Below, piece after piece: positions 29,339 through 39,283 of a stretch of 64,000 nucleotides of DNA. Within the stretch, counting starts at the first letter, position 1, and every line of letters starts with the position of its first letter. This DNA comes from Candidatus Latescibacterota bacterium (GTDB lineage Bacteria; Latescibacterota; UBA2968). Below the pieces are notes generated by a model. It saw only the letters and a program-made list of their open reading frames with translations, was not told the DNA's origin and ran no database searches. Position numbers and translations under genes: made by a program. The stretch covers positions 4,192,001 to 4,256,000 of the forward strand of contig OZ242010.1 in the NCBI GenBank assembly GCA_965204745.1. The letters run 5' to 3'.

Positions 29339-30505
29339 CTACATATCCTTCTTTGCCTCATTGACTATGTAATCAATCGCTCCAGCCATCTCTTGACGGC
29401 GGGAGAATAATGTGCCATTCGGATTTACCAGTTTGGCATCCACTAGCAAGCCGTGTTCACTCTTGCGGCCTATCGAGGCTTTACGGATGAACTCTGCCAG
29501 AGGCTTCCAAGAATCATACTTATTCTCATTCATCCATAGATGGTAACATCCGGCAAGTACTCGAACAAACGTAACGTTATAGGCGAATGTTATGGCACGT
29601 AATTCAGGGATTTCCGGATTGTCTATCTCGCCGGACAGGAAGCCGCTATATTCCTCTCTGGTAGCAGGCATGAATTGGTCTGACCAGACACGGCAACGGT
29701 TGCATAGATCATCAAAGTTCTGCATCTGCATATAGTGTTCATTGAGATCTCGGCTGACACGTTTGCCATAGCCAACTGCCAAGCTCTTTAAGATTGTTGC
29801 CAGTTGATTGATGGCCAAGAGATGTTGGCTGGATGTAGCCACCGAGGAGCGTTCCATCTCCACTCTCCCCTTGAACACGCGACTATTATCGGCGAGCCAG
29901 ACTGCCACCCGGTTGAAAGCGTCGCGCTGGTCGAATCTTGTAACGGTGTTGCTTTCGATGCGCTTGGTCTTCGACGCGTCCACGAACATCTGCCGCAATG
30001 TCTTGATATCATCCTCTGCGTAGAGGACGACGGTCATTGAAGCTTTTCGCAATGATTCCAACTTGTCGGCACGCCGATCCGCATTCGATAGCTCGTCGAG
30101 AACATCTTGTATAGCGCGCCGTCGATGTTGACCGTCGAATATCCGCATGGTGTTGGCACGATTGGCACGGATACACAACTCACCGAAGTTTGGATTGTCC
30201 GACTCGCCTTGTTCATTAAGGTAAGGCTTGAACTCCAACGCGTCGAGCGCAATCCCAAGCATCAGTGCTCCCAGCAACCAATCGTCTTTTTCCGCTAGGT
30301 ATCTTTGAATGTTTCTCGCATGGCTGGGCGTAAGGCGGCGGTTGGCATCTCTGACCATGCTATCATCCACGCGCTGTGGTAGCAGGCCATCGAGCGTCTC
30401 AAAATCGAGTGCAAAATAATACACATCACGGCCACCCTGATGAAACCGGTGCGCGGGGACACGCAGACTGTATTGATTGTTTATAGGGCGTATGTTCAGT
30501 GCCAT
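29339..30505 (-). CDS. DGQHR-domain (DndB-like, ParB-fold) protein
   Basis: Motifs ANR.L..SHA..I..YL, IFDGQHRRRAI, RQMF.D; GGAGG RBS. Confidence 0.85.
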   Translation of the reverse strand: MALNIRPINNQYSLRVPAHRFHQGGRDVYYFALDFETLDGLLPQRVDDSMVRDANRRLTPSHARNIQRYLAEKDDWLLGALMLGIALDALEFKPYLNEQGESDNPNFGELCIRANRANTMRIFDGQHRRRAIQDVLDELSNADRRADKLESLRKASMTVVLYAEDDIKTLRQMFVDASKTKRIESNTVTRFDQRDAFNRVAVWLADNSRVFKGRVEMERSSVATSSQHLLAINQLATILKSLAVGYGKRVSRDLNEHYMQMQNFDDLCNRCRVWSDQFMPATREEYSGFLSGEIDNPEIPELRAITFAYNVTFVRVLAGCYHLWMNENKYDSWKPLAEFIRKASIGRKSEHGLLVDAKLVNPNGTLFSRRQEMAGAIDYIVNEAKKDM

Positions 30506-30540
30506 TTTCAAACCTCCAATTTTTTGTGGCGATAACTGAC

Positions 30541-32127
30541 CTAAGCGATGCTCGCTTCTGCCTGCTGTATGATGTAATTGATCGCTTGGACTACAGGCCC
30601 TTGTTGCGCGATTGGAGAAATGCCTCCGGGTGCAACCACGCCTGCGTCCACCAAGAGAGAACCTTTATTTATGCCCGGTTTCAGTGAGGCCCCCCGGAGA
30701 AAGTCTGCCAATGGTTTCCAATCGCGACCGTCTTTTATCCATTCGTGATAGCAACCGGCAAAAATCCGGATAACCGTGGCGTTATACGCCATAGTTTCGG
30801 CACGCTTCTCCGGGATGTCGGAGTTGTCAATCTCGCCAGCCATAAGATCGTTGTATTCAATTCGGGCAGCAGGCATAAAATCGTCGGCCCACGTCAAGCA
30901 ACGCTCGTACAGCGAGTCAAGGTCCAGCATGTATGCGTCGTTGCGATCCTTGCTAACACGACCTTTGTAGCCAACCTCTAAGGTTTTCAGTGTTATCGCC
31001 AATTGGTTGATGGCAATTATATTGTGACTACTCCTGGGAACAGAAACACGCTCCATCTCAACGCGCCTGACAAATAGGTCACTATTTTCCTCAATTTGCA
31101 ACGCGACCAGGTTGAAAGCGTCTCTCTGGTCGAATCTGGTTACTGTATTTCGTTCTATGGACCTGGTTTGTGCCGCGTCTGCGAACATCTGCCGTAGGGC
31201 ATCGATGTTGTCTTCGGCGTACAGCATGATGGGCAGAGAATCTTTTTTGAAGTCTGAAAGTTTTTTATTGCTCGCGTTATGGGAAAGAGTTTGGAGCGCG
31301 TCCTTGATAGCGCGGCGGCGGTGCTGGCCGTCGAACATCTTCATGCTATCAGTACGGTTGGTGAAAATAGTGAGTTCTCCTACGGAGGTTTCGGCATCAG
31401 AATCAGGCATATATGAATCGAAACTCACATCGTCCGGGGATATCCCTAGTAACAGCGTTCCCAGCAACCAATCGTTTCGGTTCTCCAGATATTCTTGAAT
31501 TTTCTTTGCGTGGCTTGGTGTCAGAGGGCGGTTAGCGTCCTTGACCACTCTATCATCCACGCGGTCAGGTAGCAGGTTATCGAGGGACTTAAGATCCAAC
31601 GTGAAGGCGTACACGTCACGTCCGCCCTGCCGGAACTTATGAGCCGGCGTCTTAAAAGGCATCAGCTCACTCCTGATATTTTCCACAGTTTGACTCCGCT
31701 TAGACTCGTTAATCTCCTTGAGCACGCCGGCAATGTCGGTTAAACGATCCACAGCGTACTCCAGTTCAATATCTTGGTTGCCGGGGTGCGACACCTTATT
31801 GCGTGCATCGGTAATCGCATACAGGGCCTCCAAAGGTTTGCTCCCGTGCTTAAAGGCATTGTGGAACACATCCCGCCAATAGACCTTAACAAGGTGCGGA
31901 AATTCATTGATGTCTATTGTCTCCTCAATGCTTCGGCCCTCGTGGAGGTTCTGTTCGAATTGGTTGTACTGACCATCTCGCAACACAGATCTTATGCAGT
32001 CTTCAACCTTTCTGCCGGGTACCCGCCTCAGGTAGCGGACGATGAAAGGCCTCATTGCATCTCGGTAAATGTCTAAGGCATCAACTACAGCCTTCTTGTT
32101 CGGACGCTCAATTATTGCCTTTGCCAT
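30541..32127 (-). CDS. Swt1-like HEPN domain fused to a DGQHR (DndB-like) domain
   Basis: N-terminal W.DVF...ARNKVSH (R109-x4-H114); C-terminal MFDGQHRRRAI; paralog of the downstream gene. Confidence 0.8.
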   Translation of the reverse strand: MAKAIIERPNKKAVVDALDIYRDAMRPFIVRYLRRVPGRKVEDCIRSVLRDGQYNQFEQNLHEGRSIEETIDINEFPHLVKVYWRDVFHNAFKHGSKPLEALYAITDARNKVSHPGNQDIELEYAVDRLTDIAGVLKEINESKRSQTVENIRSELMPFKTPAHKFRQGGRDVYAFTLDLKSLDNLLPDRVDDRVVKDANRPLTPSHAKKIQEYLENRNDWLLGTLLLGISPDDVSFDSYMPDSDAETSVGELTIFTNRTDSMKMFDGQHRRRAIKDALQTLSHNASNKKLSDFKKDSLPIMLYAEDNIDALRQMFADAAQTRSIERNTVTRFDQRDAFNLVALQIEENSDLFVRRVEMERVSVPRSSHNIIAINQLAITLKTLEVGYKGRVSKDRNDAYMLDLDSLYERCLTWADDFMPAARIEYNDLMAGEIDNSDIPEKRAETMAYNATVIRIFAGCYHEWIKDGRDWKPLADFLRGASLKPGINKGSLLVDAGVVAPGGISPIAQQGPVVQAINYIIQQAEASIA

Positions 32128-32773
32128 TTGGCACTAACCTCCATATCAACTTGTAGATCGCTGAAACTTGGGGAGTTGGTGGGTGGATAATCTGTAACAC
32201 CAACATTATCGAATTATGTTGCGCCTAAATCAAAGGGTTATTCTAATCTTTGTCAAGAGAAAAATAAAAAATAAAATAATCTGCTGTATAATTCTAAAAA
32301 CTCAAAGAGGGCTACCATTGACTTACTGTCTTGGACTTTTGGAAAAACCGATGATTTCGGCAGATTATTATTTTTTAATGTATTATGCCTATCTTTTTGA
32401 GACGGTCCATGACAAGTTCGCTATCGAGACTCCGTCACAGCACACAAAAAACGTCGACATTTTACCAGCGTCGCCGATTACCGAAAAAAATACCGCTCCC
32501 CACATCGAGAGAGCGGTATCTATGGCGTGCTCTGTGGCGCGTTATGCGTTCGCGGTTTTGTACGGCGCGGTGGCAAGTTGATTTGGTGGGGCAACGTCGC
32601 GCACGTACCGACACGGCGAATTTGTTGAGGCAGATCGCTTCGGACGCCCAAGCCCTCATCCAAAATATCCAAGCGGGAACCGCATGACACTCCCAGGCAT
32701 TGGAGGTCAAAGATCGGTTTCCGATGCATGGGTTCTCCTCGTGGTCATCAGCCACTTAGCGGAGGTTCTTCAG

Positions 32774-33058
32774 ATGAACGCAAGTCAAAAGACCATCGAC
32801 GCAAATTACACCGCTTTCCGAAAGGTGTTGCCCGAAATTATGCAACGGCAGGCAGGCCGTTTCGCGCTTATGCGGAACGAACAGATCGTGGACTTTTTTG
32901 ACACTGCGAGAGATGCGGTTACGGCCGGTGGACATCTCTATGAAGACGGTGAATTTTCAGTCCAAGAAGTGATGCGAGCACCGATCAACTTGGGGTACTT
33001 TTCTTTTTTGTTCGGCGACTGCATCAACGCATCTTTTTTCTGCCTTGCACAAACATGA
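32774..33058 (+). CDS. Small hypothetical protein (DUF5678-like)
   Basis: GGAGG RBS; NY.AF...LP.....G.FALM....IV.FFDT..DA...G pattern. Confidence 0.55.
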   Translation: MNASQKTIDANYTAFRKVLPEIMQRQAGRFALMRNEQIVDFFDTARDAVTAGGHLYEDGEFSVQEVMRAPINLGYFSFLFGDCINASFFCLAQT

Positions 33059-34451
33059 CGGATGGTGCCGGGCCGGGGTCGCACACTTCGTTGAAGGTGG
33101 CGGGTAAGGGTTGGTGGATCACGGCTTGGATGCGCGACCGTTGCAGGGCGACCACATCGGGGTGATCCGCGGCGATGTCGGTGTTTTCGTCTGGATCGGT
33201 TGCGAGATCGAACAACTCTTCTTTTGCTGGATCGTTCAAACTCACCGTGTAATTCCACTGATCATCGCGCACGGATGCGCGGCCCGTTGCCGGGCCATTG
33301 GCAAAACTCGCCCAGCCAATGACGACGTGATCGCGCACGGCCTCTGCATCGCCCGTCACCAGCGGCCAAATATCCACGCCATCCACCGCGCTGCACGGAA
33401 TATCGAGCAGGCCGAGCACCGTGGGCAACAAGTCGTGGGCTTGCACAAAACCGGAAACCCGCTTGCGAACCCCCGGATGCCGTACCATCCAATTCAGGCG
33501 CGTGTTGTATGGATGCAGGCGATCCGGCCCCTTGCCAAATTGCCCGTGATCCAAAACTTGCGTGCCGTGATCCGACAGCAACATCACAATCGTCTCGTCT
33601 TTCAACCCCAGCTCATCGATCCGATTGAGCAGGTGCCCCACCCAGCGATCTACCAGCGTGACCTCGCCAAAGTACAAGGCTCGAATCCGCGCCTTCTCCG
33701 CATCGCTCGCCCCCTCGCCCTCGTTCCCCGCGCCCGGGGAAATAAAATCCTTGCCACTCCAGTTGGACAAATAGCGATCCGCGTAGTCCCGCGGCGGATC
33801 CCAGGGTTCGTGCGGGTCAAAGGAATCGACCCACAGGAAAAACGGCGCGTTGTCCGCGTTCTCGGTCAGCCAATCCGCGGCGCGGCGAAACACCCGGGCG
33901 CAGCTGTAATCCTCCTCGCGCTGCCGAAATTTTTGGTTGAACAGGTATTGCATCAGCCCGGTGTGGCGGTCCCAGTTGATCGGCTCGCGCACATGCGGGC
34001 GCAGCAAGTGTTCAATCGCGTCTCGCGTGCCAAACCGCCAGTTGTCGTTCTCTTGCCCGCGGATGAAATCGTAGGTGACAAATCCGCGCGTGTAGTTCAT
34101 CGTGGGCTTGAACATGTGGTAAGTGTCTGCGACCAACCCGGTCAGGTACCCATTCGCCAGCAGAATTTCCGAGAGGGTATCTTGTTCCGGCGGGATTTTG
34201 TGCCAGCCTGGCGCGTGGTGCCAGTGCCCGCGCCGGTCGAAATTGTAACGCCACGGAAAGGTGCGGCGGCCCGTGAACAAACCGCGCCGGGTCTGCAACG
34301 TGGGTTGGCATTCCCCGAAAGCCCGTTCAAACACCACGGCCTCGGCTACAAACGCATCGAGATGGGGCGTTTCGACAAAACTCAGTTTTTGATTTGGGCC
34401 GACGATATCGGCGCGAAACGTGTCCAAGCAGATACAGATGACGTTCATCAC
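33024..34451 (-). CDS. Sulfatase family protein
   Basis: Motifs ICLDTFRAD, PT...RRGLFTGR, FDPHEPWDPP, SDHG, ELFDL..DPDE. Confidence 0.88.
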   Translation of the reverse strand: MMNVICICLDTFRADIVGPNQKLSFVETPHLDAFVAEAVVFERAFGECQPTLQTRRGLFTGRRTFPWRYNFDRRGHWHHAPGWHKIPPEQDTLSEILLANGYLTGLVADTYHMFKPTMNYTRGFVTYDFIRGQENDNWRFGTRDAIEHLLRPHVREPINWDRHTGLMQYLFNQKFRQREEDYSCARVFRRAADWLTENADNAPFFLWVDSFDPHEPWDPPRDYADRYLSNWSGKDFISPGAGNEGEGASDAEKARIRALYFGEVTLVDRWVGHLLNRIDELGLKDETIVMLLSDHGTQVLDHGQFGKGPDRLHPYNTRLNWMVRHPGVRKRVSGFVQAHDLLPTVLGLLDIPCSAVDGVDIWPLVTGDAEAVRDHVVIGWASFANGPATGRASVRDDQWNYTVSLNDPAKEELFDLATDPDENTDIAADHPDVVALQRSRIQAVIHQPLPATFNEVCDPGPAPSVMFVQGRKKMR

Positions 34452-34463
34452 AAACCTCCAAAA

Positions 34464-36404
34464 TTAAAAATACAAACTGTGCCCTTGCCCTTGGAAGCAC
34501 AGGGCGTCGATGACAAAGGACGCGCCAGCCGCGGAAAAGTGCCCGACCACGAGGCCCACAAAAACGGGCTTGGCGCGGTTGTAGAGCATCAGGCCGCCGA
34601 AGCGGATCAGCAGCACTTTGATGGCCCAGGCCGCGAACAGGGACAACAACGTCCACTTCACTTGCCCCACAGAGGCGATAGAAAATCCAATGGGATGCAG
34701 GCGCCACCACGCGAACCGATGGCGGCAGTACGTCAGCAAAACCGTCACGAGCGCGCCCAAGGCCAAAAACGCGAAGTGCCCGAAGCGCAGGGTTTCTGCG
34801 GCTTTGATTTTCGCCACGACCGTATCAAAGGGCACTTGGCCGCCGCGCCGAAAAACCCATTCCCCAAAATTGTACGCGCCCGAGGCGTATGCCAGTTTGA
34901 GCGAAAAATAAAAGGACACCATCAAGCTGAGGGCCAGGGCCAAGCCCACGGCGGTGAGGTACGCGCCGCGCGGAAATCGCTGCTCGCTGTGGACGCGGGC
35001 CGCGTTCGCGCCAAAGGGCATAAATGTGGCGATGGGGTCGCACGCCCAGCCGTAGGACAGGCCGAGGCCGGTCATGGTCGCGGCCGTCAAATTCGCCGGG
35101 CCGACGAGGTGCATCGCGTACGCCTGCGGCACGAGCGGGCCGCGCACGAACACCAGCCCGCCTTCGATGACGATGCGCGTGAGGCCCAAATAAAGCGTGA
35201 CAACCGCAAAGAGCAACAGCGAAGCCACGCCCGGCTGGATCCCGATGCGCGTCAGCCAGAACAAAATGTAGAGCGCGCCGAGCGCGATGCCGAGCAGGGC
35301 CGCGCGATAGCCCATGATTTCCTCGCGGTCAGACGCGCCGTCGGCCTTGCCCCGTGCGGTTCGCCACACCCCGCGCAGATGTTCGCGCGCGACCCATATC
35401 CCGCCCATCACGACCGCGACAAAGGCCCCGAACCCCTGCCAGGCCAATGCGGCCGGGCTGACCGAATACACTTCGGACGTGCCGATAGTGAACCCCGTGC
35501 GGTTGAACAGCGCGACCTCGGCCATGTTGAACAGGTTGAAAAACCACACGCTGAAAATCACATCCACATTCACAAAATACGTGATGCCCACCAACGGCAG
35601 GGACAAGTTGGTCGAAATCCCCGGCCAGACCTGCCCGCCCAGGAGGTTCAAGCGGAGGGCCGGGATAGTGGGCCAGCCCTCAAAAAAGTAGCCCGGCACG
35701 TTCCACGCGATTTTGCCCGCGGCAATGCCAAAGCCGATCCAGAACAAGCGACTCCGCATGAATTGCGGTAGCAGGCGATCCTCACCTGCGCCCACCATCA
35801 TCATCAACGGGACGTCGACCAGCGGAAAATTGAGGCGTTCTTTGTCCTCCCACTGCTTGCGAAAAACCGCGATGAGACACGTACAAAGCGTCATGGTGGC
35901 GACGATGACGGACCCCCACCAGAACAGGGGCATGACCCACACGCGCCAGGGGATTTGCGCGCCCGGGGGCAGGCCCTCGAAAAACCACGCCACTTCGCGG
36001 CCTTCGCCGGGCACGGCCCACAAGGGTACATGGCTGTGGATGAACTCGGCCCATCCATTTTCGGTCGTGGCAAAATAAAAGGGCGACGCGGCTACGGAAA
36101 TCACGTAGCCGGTCGCCCCATACGTGGGCACGGATACCGCGACCAACAGCATCATATAGACCACGCCCAACTCATCGCCGGTCAGGCCGCCGCCGCGCTT
36201 TACAGCTTTCAAGATCGGATTGAGCACCACGACGACGAGGATGAACAACGCGGCCAAGCCCAACGGAAAATAATTGGTGGTCAACAGGGTGGATCGCACG
36301 ATCCATTCGGAATACGGCGCCAACAGATTCACCGCAACGACGACGAGAACGCCAATGCCCAATGCCTTTGGCGTGAGGACGGCCGCGGGCGGGGTTTCTG
36401 ACAT
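34464..36404 (-). CDS. Polytopic membrane protein (DUF6785/DUF6784-like)
   Basis: Many TM segments; motifs RKQW...ERL.FPL, WW.LHPIG, K....RFGG..LY....P.F.GL..G; start codon uncertain. Confidence 0.7.
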   Translation of the reverse strand: MSETPPAAVLTPKALGIGVLVVVAVNLLAPYSEWIVRSTLLTTNYFPLGLAALFILVVVVLNPILKAVKRGGGLTGDELGVVYMMLLVAVSVPTYGATGYVISVAASPFYFATTENGWAEFIHSHVPLWAVPGEGREVAWFFEGLPPGAQIPWRVWVMPLFWWGSVIVATMTLCTCLIAVFRKQWEDKERLNFPLVDVPLMMMVGAGEDRLLPQFMRSRLFWIGFGIAAGKIAWNVPGYFFEGWPTIPALRLNLLGGQVWPGISTNLSLPLVGITYFVNVDVIFSVWFFNLFNMAEVALFNRTGFTIGTSEVYSVSPAALAWQGFGAFVAVVMGGIWVAREHLRGVWRTARGKADGASDREEIMGYRAALLGIALGALYILFWLTRIGIQPGVASLLLFAVVTLYLGLTRIVIEGGLVFVRGPLVPQAYAMHLVGPANLTAATMTGLGLSYGWACDPIATFMPFGANAARVHSEQRFPRGAYLTAVGLALALSLMVSFYFSLKLAYASGAYNFGEWVFRRGGQVPFDTVVAKIKAAETLRFGHFAFLALGALVTVLLTYCRHRFAWWRLHPIGFSIASVGQVKWTLLSLFAAWAIKVLLIRFGGLMLYNRAKPVFVGLVVGHFSAAGASFVIDALCFQGQGHSLYF

Positions 36405-36655
36405 GGTGCGTTGAATGGATTGTACCACGATGGGATTCTCGGAGTGATTAAGACGGGAGGGGGTTAGCCACAAAAGGCACGAGCGGGGTACAACTGGCGA
36501 TAGCCAGTTCAAAGGCACAAAAGGCGAGCAGGATGTGTAGGGGCGATGCCCCTGTGCTCGCCCTAAGATACAAGGGGAATGGCGAGAGGTGAGAGGCGAG
36601 AGGTGAGGCAACCCCGCCCATCCGCTCCCTTCAGGTAAGATACTCTCTTAAAAGG

Positions 36656-37663
36656 TCAAGGGGTTTTCGGGGTGATTCGATAGAATTTTTCGCCCTCAAA
36701 ATCTTGGTCATGGCGCAACATGCCCCAGATCGAATGGAGCAACTTTCGCATCACCGCAACGATAGCCTGCAAAGGTTTCTTGCCGCGGGCGATGAGTTGG
36801 TCATAGAAGGCTTTGACATGGCCTTCGTGTCTGATGGCCACCCAGGCAGGCATATAGAGGGCATGGCGGAGGTACTTATTCCCGGTTTTCGAGATGCGTC
36901 TTTGTGGATTGGCGGTTCCGGATTGTTTGGGTTTGGGATCCAGGCCTGCATGTGCGACCCACTGGGGCGGTTGCATCTCCTCTGGCAAAAGGGTCAACTC
37001 GGCCAAGAGCCGCAAGGCACTCGTTTGCGCGATGCCAGGCGTCGAGCAGAGGCGTTGGTAGGCACGCTTGAGGGGCTCATCGTGCAAAACGAGATCGAGG
37101 GCTTGGCTTTCCAAGTATGCAATCCGGCGTTTGAAGTGTCGAATATTCACCTGAATATCGCGTGCGATGAGACGTGTGCTGCGGATGTGGTAGCTCTGCG
37201 CGTGGTTGCGGCTCTGTTCGCGGATGATCTCCTGCTTGAGTTGGTCAATGCGTCTGGTGAGGGCTTGCAGTTGAAGCCGTTGCTCGCTCGGCGCTTGCCA
37301 AGGCACAAAAGGCATGCGCTCGGCATAGTCGAGGATCAACAACGCATCCTTCGCATCCGTCTTCGCCCGTTGCATGCAGGCTTGGGCGTACTTGCTCATC
37401 GCTTTGGGATTGACGACCATGACCTTTGTGTGGCGATGCCGATGCAAGGCCAAGGCCACCCCCAAACTGTAAAGCCCGGTCGCTTCGAGGCACACAGAGA
37501 CCATGTGCCCGCCCTTCGTGAGCCACTTCAGCAACCGCTTATGCGCTTGGGGATCATTGGCAAAGGTCGCTTGCATGACAGCTTGTCCGGGTCTGGACAG
37601 GGCAACGGACAACGTGCGGGCACTGACATCAATGCCGGCAAAAGCGGGGTGAGATTTCGACAT
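36656..37663 (-). CDS. IS110 family transposase/bridge recombinase
   Basis: Protein identical to that of 2175-3182. Confidence 0.95.
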   Translation of the reverse strand: MSKSHPAFAGIDVSARTLSVALSRPGQAVMQATFANDPQAHKRLLKWLTKGGHMVSVCLEATGLYSLGVALALHRHRHTKVMVVNPKAMSKYAQACMQRAKTDAKDALLILDYAERMPFVPWQAPSEQRLQLQALTRRIDQLKQEIIREQSRNHAQSYHIRSTRLIARDIQVNIRHFKRRIAYLESQALDLVLHDEPLKRAYQRLCSTPGIAQTSALRLLAELTLLPEEMQPPQWVAHAGLDPKPKQSGTANPQRRISKTGNKYLRHALYMPAWVAIRHEGHVKAFYDQLIARGKKPLQAIVAVMRKLLHSIWGMLRHDQDFEGEKFYRITPKTP

Positions 37664-37737
37664 GGGGGCCTCCTGTGATGAGGGGGTTGTAAGGGATCTG
37701 GTGCGCGCTCGGGGTCGCGTCCCGACCATTGACGCCA

Positions 37738-37918
37738 AGTCTACCGGTCTTGTATATGCAGCCTCAAGGGGCTTAGATACTCTTCGGCATAGACCCGGCG
37801 GTCGGGGGGCCTATCTTACCTACAAGGTCATCGCCTTCAAGAGGGGCCGGCCTTCCCCGAGCCGGGCATCAAGATGGCTTATCTCGATACGAGGGCGCAA
37901 CTCCTAATTAACCCTTAC
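37738..37918 (-). ncRNA. IS110 bridge RNA, copy 2
   Basis: Reverse complement of 1920-2100. Confidence 0.85.
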
Positions 37919-38006
37919 TTCCAAGATACAAGAGGGGAGACGTAAGATGCAATTTTAGCCACAAGCCAGGGACAGGGTCTCTGGCTCTTTTTGTGTCATT
38001 TCCGCT

Positions 38007-38190
38007 CCTTCAAATCATAACATCTTGTAACAAATCGTAACAAATCGCACATGTTACGTGAATGCGAAAGAAAGTTGATTTGATAGACGCTTCACAGGGC
38101 GTGCGTCCACGCGCTTACAACCTCGTGTCCGTCTTACAGCACCTCCACGTCCGTTTAGCGACTCGGCAGGGCTTGCCGCGTCGTAGTGTT
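38007..38190 (-). ncRNA. Putative omegaRNA scaffold overlapping the tnpB 3' end and right end; guide would be the flank starting at 38006
   Basis: Positional inference from TnpB biology; hairpin-rich sequence after the NAAINL codons; 5' end approximate. Confidence 0.5.
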
Positions 38191-39283
38191 TCAAATTGAT
38201 GGCCGCGTTCAAATCGCGGTTGAGGACGAGACCGCAAGACAAGCAGACATAGTCGCGCTGTGATAAATCCATAGCGACTTTGCGTTGTCCACAGCCTGAG
38301 CATGTCTTTGTGCTGGCAAACCACCGGTCGGCTTTTTCAAAAGCCACGCCAGACCATTGGCACTTGTATTCAAGCATGCGAAGGAATCCGCTGATACCTG
38401 CGCGGTGGAACGCACGCGACAGGCTCTTGTTGCGGCGCATACCAGCAACATTCAGCGTCTCGACAATCACCTTGCCAACGGTCGTCGCTTTGACAATCGC
38501 GGAAGTGGCTTTGTGGTGAACATCGTCGCGGATGTTGGTGATGCGCCCAAAGATGCGCTGTCGTTGGTCATACAAGCGTTGCCTGCGGTTACTGCGTTGG
38601 TTCTTGCCATGCGTGTTCTTTGACCGCGCAAGGGCTTTGTCCACACGGCGCAACTTGCGATACTGCGTATCTATCGCGCCCTTGGGATTGTCTATCGTCG
38701 TGCCATCCGAATAGGTTGCCAGCGTTTTCAATCCCATGTCGATGCCGATGGTTTCTCCGTCGCGTTTATCGGGCGGCTCCTGTCCTGTATCGACAGACAA
38801 GCAGACAAACCATCGGCCATGCGTCTTGGTTACGGTGGCTTTGACAATCGCGCCATTAAACCGCAGACGCTCGGCCATCTTGACCCAGCCAATTTTGGGC
38901 AGAAAGACCTTTTTGCCATCCACCTTGACCGTACCGGGCCCGTTATCGGCTTGATACGCACGCTTGCCAGAACGCTTGCGGTGTGTCGGGAAGCGCACGC
39001 GCAGTTTCTTGTTTCGCCAGTTCTTGATGGCTCTGTCAAGGTCGTGGATGGCATTCTTGGATGCGTATTGTGACAACTCGCCAGACCATTCATACTCGGC
39101 CTTTTTGACCACATTGAACTCGCGCTTGAGCGTATAAAGCGACTTGAACACGCCTGTATCCAGGGCGGCCTTGAACGCATTGAGCGCGTGATTGTACACC
39201 ACACGCGCATAGCCACAATGCTTTGAAAACAGCGTTGCTTGGGCTTGCGGGTGCATCAGTGCAATTTTGTGCGTCTTGACCAT
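38054..39283 (-). CDS. tnpB: TnpB RNA-guided endonuclease
   Basis: HTH (G.ARVVYN.AL), LPKIGWVK, RuvC residues GIDMG / IVE.LNV / NRDLNAAINL, Zn finger CSGCG..CLSCG. Confidence 0.93.
   Translation of the reverse strand: MVKTHKIALMHPQAQATLFSKHCGYARVVYNHALNAFKAALDTGVFKSLYTLKREFNVVKKAEYEWSGELSQYASKNAIHDLDRAIKNWRNKKLRVRFPTHRKRSGKRAYQADNGPGTVKVDGKKVFLPKIGWVKMAERLRFNGAIVKATVTKTHGRWFVCLSVDTGQEPPDKRDGETIGIDMGLKTLATYSDGTTIDNPKGAIDTQYRKLRRVDKALARSKNTHGKNQRSNRRQRLYDQRQRIFGRITNIRDDVHHKATSAIVKATTVGKVIVETLNVAGMRRNKSLSRAFHRAGISGFLRMLEYKCQWSGVAFEKADRWFASTKTCSGCGQRKVAMDLSQRDYVCLSCGLVLNRDLNAAINLKHYDAASPAESLNGRGGAVRRTRGCKRVDARPVKRLSNQLSFAFT

Larger units (their letters stand above)
36638..37932 (-). mobile_element. 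IS110-family element, copy 2
   Basis: Reverse complement of 1906-3200 with an identical translated ORF; cores at 36638-36639 and 37931-37932. Confidence 0.95.

Noticed and set aside
29339-32127. Dnd phosphorothioation cluster
   Set aside because: Only DndB-like domains are present; there are no dndA/C/D/E or restriction genes in the window.
32385-32760. Coding gene in the island's right flank
   Set aside because: Several overlapping short ORFs with no RBS or motif support; possibly a decayed fragment.
33111-35771. 886-aa plus-strand ORF and similar long antisense ORFs (e.g. 41187-42677, 59776-61101, 2160-3134)
   Set aside because: These are shadows of well-supported opposite-strand genes in GC-rich DNA and have no recognisable motifs.
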